From Telmatocola sphagniphila (GTDB lineage: Bacteria; Planctomycetota; Planctomycetia; Gemmatales; Gemmataceae): 32,000 nucleotides of DNA. The notes beneath the pieces are model-generated. The model saw only the letters and a list, made by a program, of their open reading frames with translations. It did no database searches and had not been told where the DNA came from. Positions 31,074 through 32,000 of this stretch are shown in pieces. Within the stretch, counting starts at the first letter, position 1, and each line of letters opens with the position of its first letter. Made by a program: the position numbers and the translations under genes. Where the stretch lies: contig NZ_CP074694.1 of assembly GCF_018398935.1 (NCBI RefSeq), forward strand, positions 5,070,001 through 5,102,000, given 5' to 3'.

Positions 31074-32000
31074 TTAATTGCCGCCGATCAGATCGAAGTT
31101 GATGATATTACCATCCGAGATACCGCCGGCCGACTGCAGGGCCACCCAATCCGCTGAATAAGGAGTGGTACCCACGCCTTTGCGAAGGTGACGAACCGAG
31201 CCATCAGCATAAGCGAATTGAATGATATCGGTGTGCTTGCTGCTGAAGTTGTACCAATTCGAAGGTTTTGGCAGACCCCAGTACAAAGGCATCGAACCCG
31301 CACCCGCCCAGGTCAACGAATAATCCCGAGGACCGGTATCCGTCCCACCCAGGGTTTCGCCGAACGCGATCGTGTTCGACGTACCGTCGGTGATGGACAC
31401 AATCGACGTCTTGGAATCTAGAAAGTAGATCCCGCCGTACGGCTGGAAGGTCGGACCAAATGCACCCGCACAACCAATGTAGTTTGATCGACCGGCCGGG
31501 GGATTGGGACTGCTACCGCCACCCGCGGCGTTACCGCCGTTAGCGTTATAGAAGCCGTAGAAGGTCGAATTGTACTGATCGATCACCAGACCGATGAACA
31601 CGCCGTATTGCTGATTGAATTGATCGCCATCGGACGGACACAGATAAGACTTAATCACCGTTCGGGCGGCAGTGATACCCGGAGCCGTGGCACCCAAACT
31701 GATCGAGCCCCACCACAGTGAACTGTAGGTCGGCTGGAACATCGCCGAAGGAATCAGATTGTACGCATTGCCTTGTTCGATATAGGGCAGAATTTCAGCG
31801 AGGACCCCCAGCAGGGATTGATTACCCGCACTCATACCGGCTTGAAGATTCGTGGGATTCACGACCAAACCGGGAGGAAATACCCCGTAGGCGCTTTCGT
31901 AGTTGTGAGAGGCCAGAGCGATTTGCTTCAGGTTGTTCTGGCAGCTCATGCGAGCCGCGGCTTCACGAACCTTCTGCACCGCCGGCAGCAACAGACCGAT
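31074..32000 (-). CDS. DUF1559-family protein (paralog 2); partial, 5' end beyond the right edge
   Basis: The frame is open from stop 31074 to the window edge. The visible N-terminal part ...[36 protein letters not shown]... begins inside the pilin-like helix, so the leader lies outside the window. By eye it is roughly three-quarters identical to paralog 1. Confidence 0.9.
   Translation of the reverse strand: MGLLLPAVQKVREAAARMSCQNNLKQIALASHNYESAYGVFPPGLVVNPTNLQAGMSAGNQSLLGVLAEILPYIEQGNAYNLIPSAMFQPTYSSLWWGSISLGATAPGITAARTVIKSYLCPSDGDQFNQQYGVFIGLVIDQYNSTFYGFYNANGGNAAGGGSSPNPPAGRSNYIGCAGAFGPTFQPYGGIYFLDSKTSIVSITDGTSNTIAFGETLGGTDTGPRDYSLTWAGAGSMPLYWGLPKPSNWYNFSSKHTDIIQFAYADGSVRHLRKGVGTTPYSADWVALQSAGGISDGNIINFDLIGGN

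Noticed and set aside
1-32000. Scan for tRNA/rRNA genes, CRISPR arrays, transposases, integrases, phage genes or known defence-system signatures
   Set aside because: I found none by eye: no regularly spaced direct repeats, no T-loop GTTCGAATC-type tRNA signature outside coding sequence, and no DDE/tyrosine-recombinase motifs. An Infernal/tRNAscan/ISfinder run would be needed to be certain.

Overview
The window reads as chromosomal DNA from a moderately GC-rich bacterium that looks planctomycetal. The basis is three prepilin-leader/DUF1559-type genes, a giant PEP-CTERM protein, Tat-signal and lipobox proteins, and Tad minor pilins. This placement is inferred from gene content only. I support 25 protein-coding genes. 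On the minus strand at the left edge is a Tad minor-pilin operon: two TadE-like genes and a >1011-codon TadG-like/vWA gene. The TadG-like gene is missing from the supplied ORF track because it has no stop inside the window. Next comes a three-gene plus-strand cluster: a Cys-less ketosynthase-like partner, a complete Cys-His-His ketosynthase and a bacterial GH3 acyl-acid amido synthetase. After that come a DUF1559 gene with a mini-lipoprotein and a convergent lipoprotein, a secreted Cys-rich repeat protein, an outer-membrane beta-barrel, a Tat-exported TIM-barrel isomerase and a coiled-coil protein. A 1456-aa autotransporter-repeat protein with a PEP-CTERM anchor follows, then rsgA, a GT2 glycosyltransferase, hflX, a TPR protein, an orphan antitoxin-like gene and a 480-aa protein of unknown function. 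At the right edge is a tandem duplication of a two-gene module (DUF1559 pseudopilin-like gene plus a 57-aa lipoprotein). I found no tRNA, rRNA, CRISPR array, transposase or integrase. The best candidates for undescribed biology are the KS/KS-like/GH3 trio and the recurring DUF1559 plus mini-lipoprotein module. The duplicated module copies show mosaic identity, only synonymous differences in the small gene, a conserved intercistronic hairpin and a strongly AT-rich spacer. All functional calls come from reading motifs by eye; no database search was possible.
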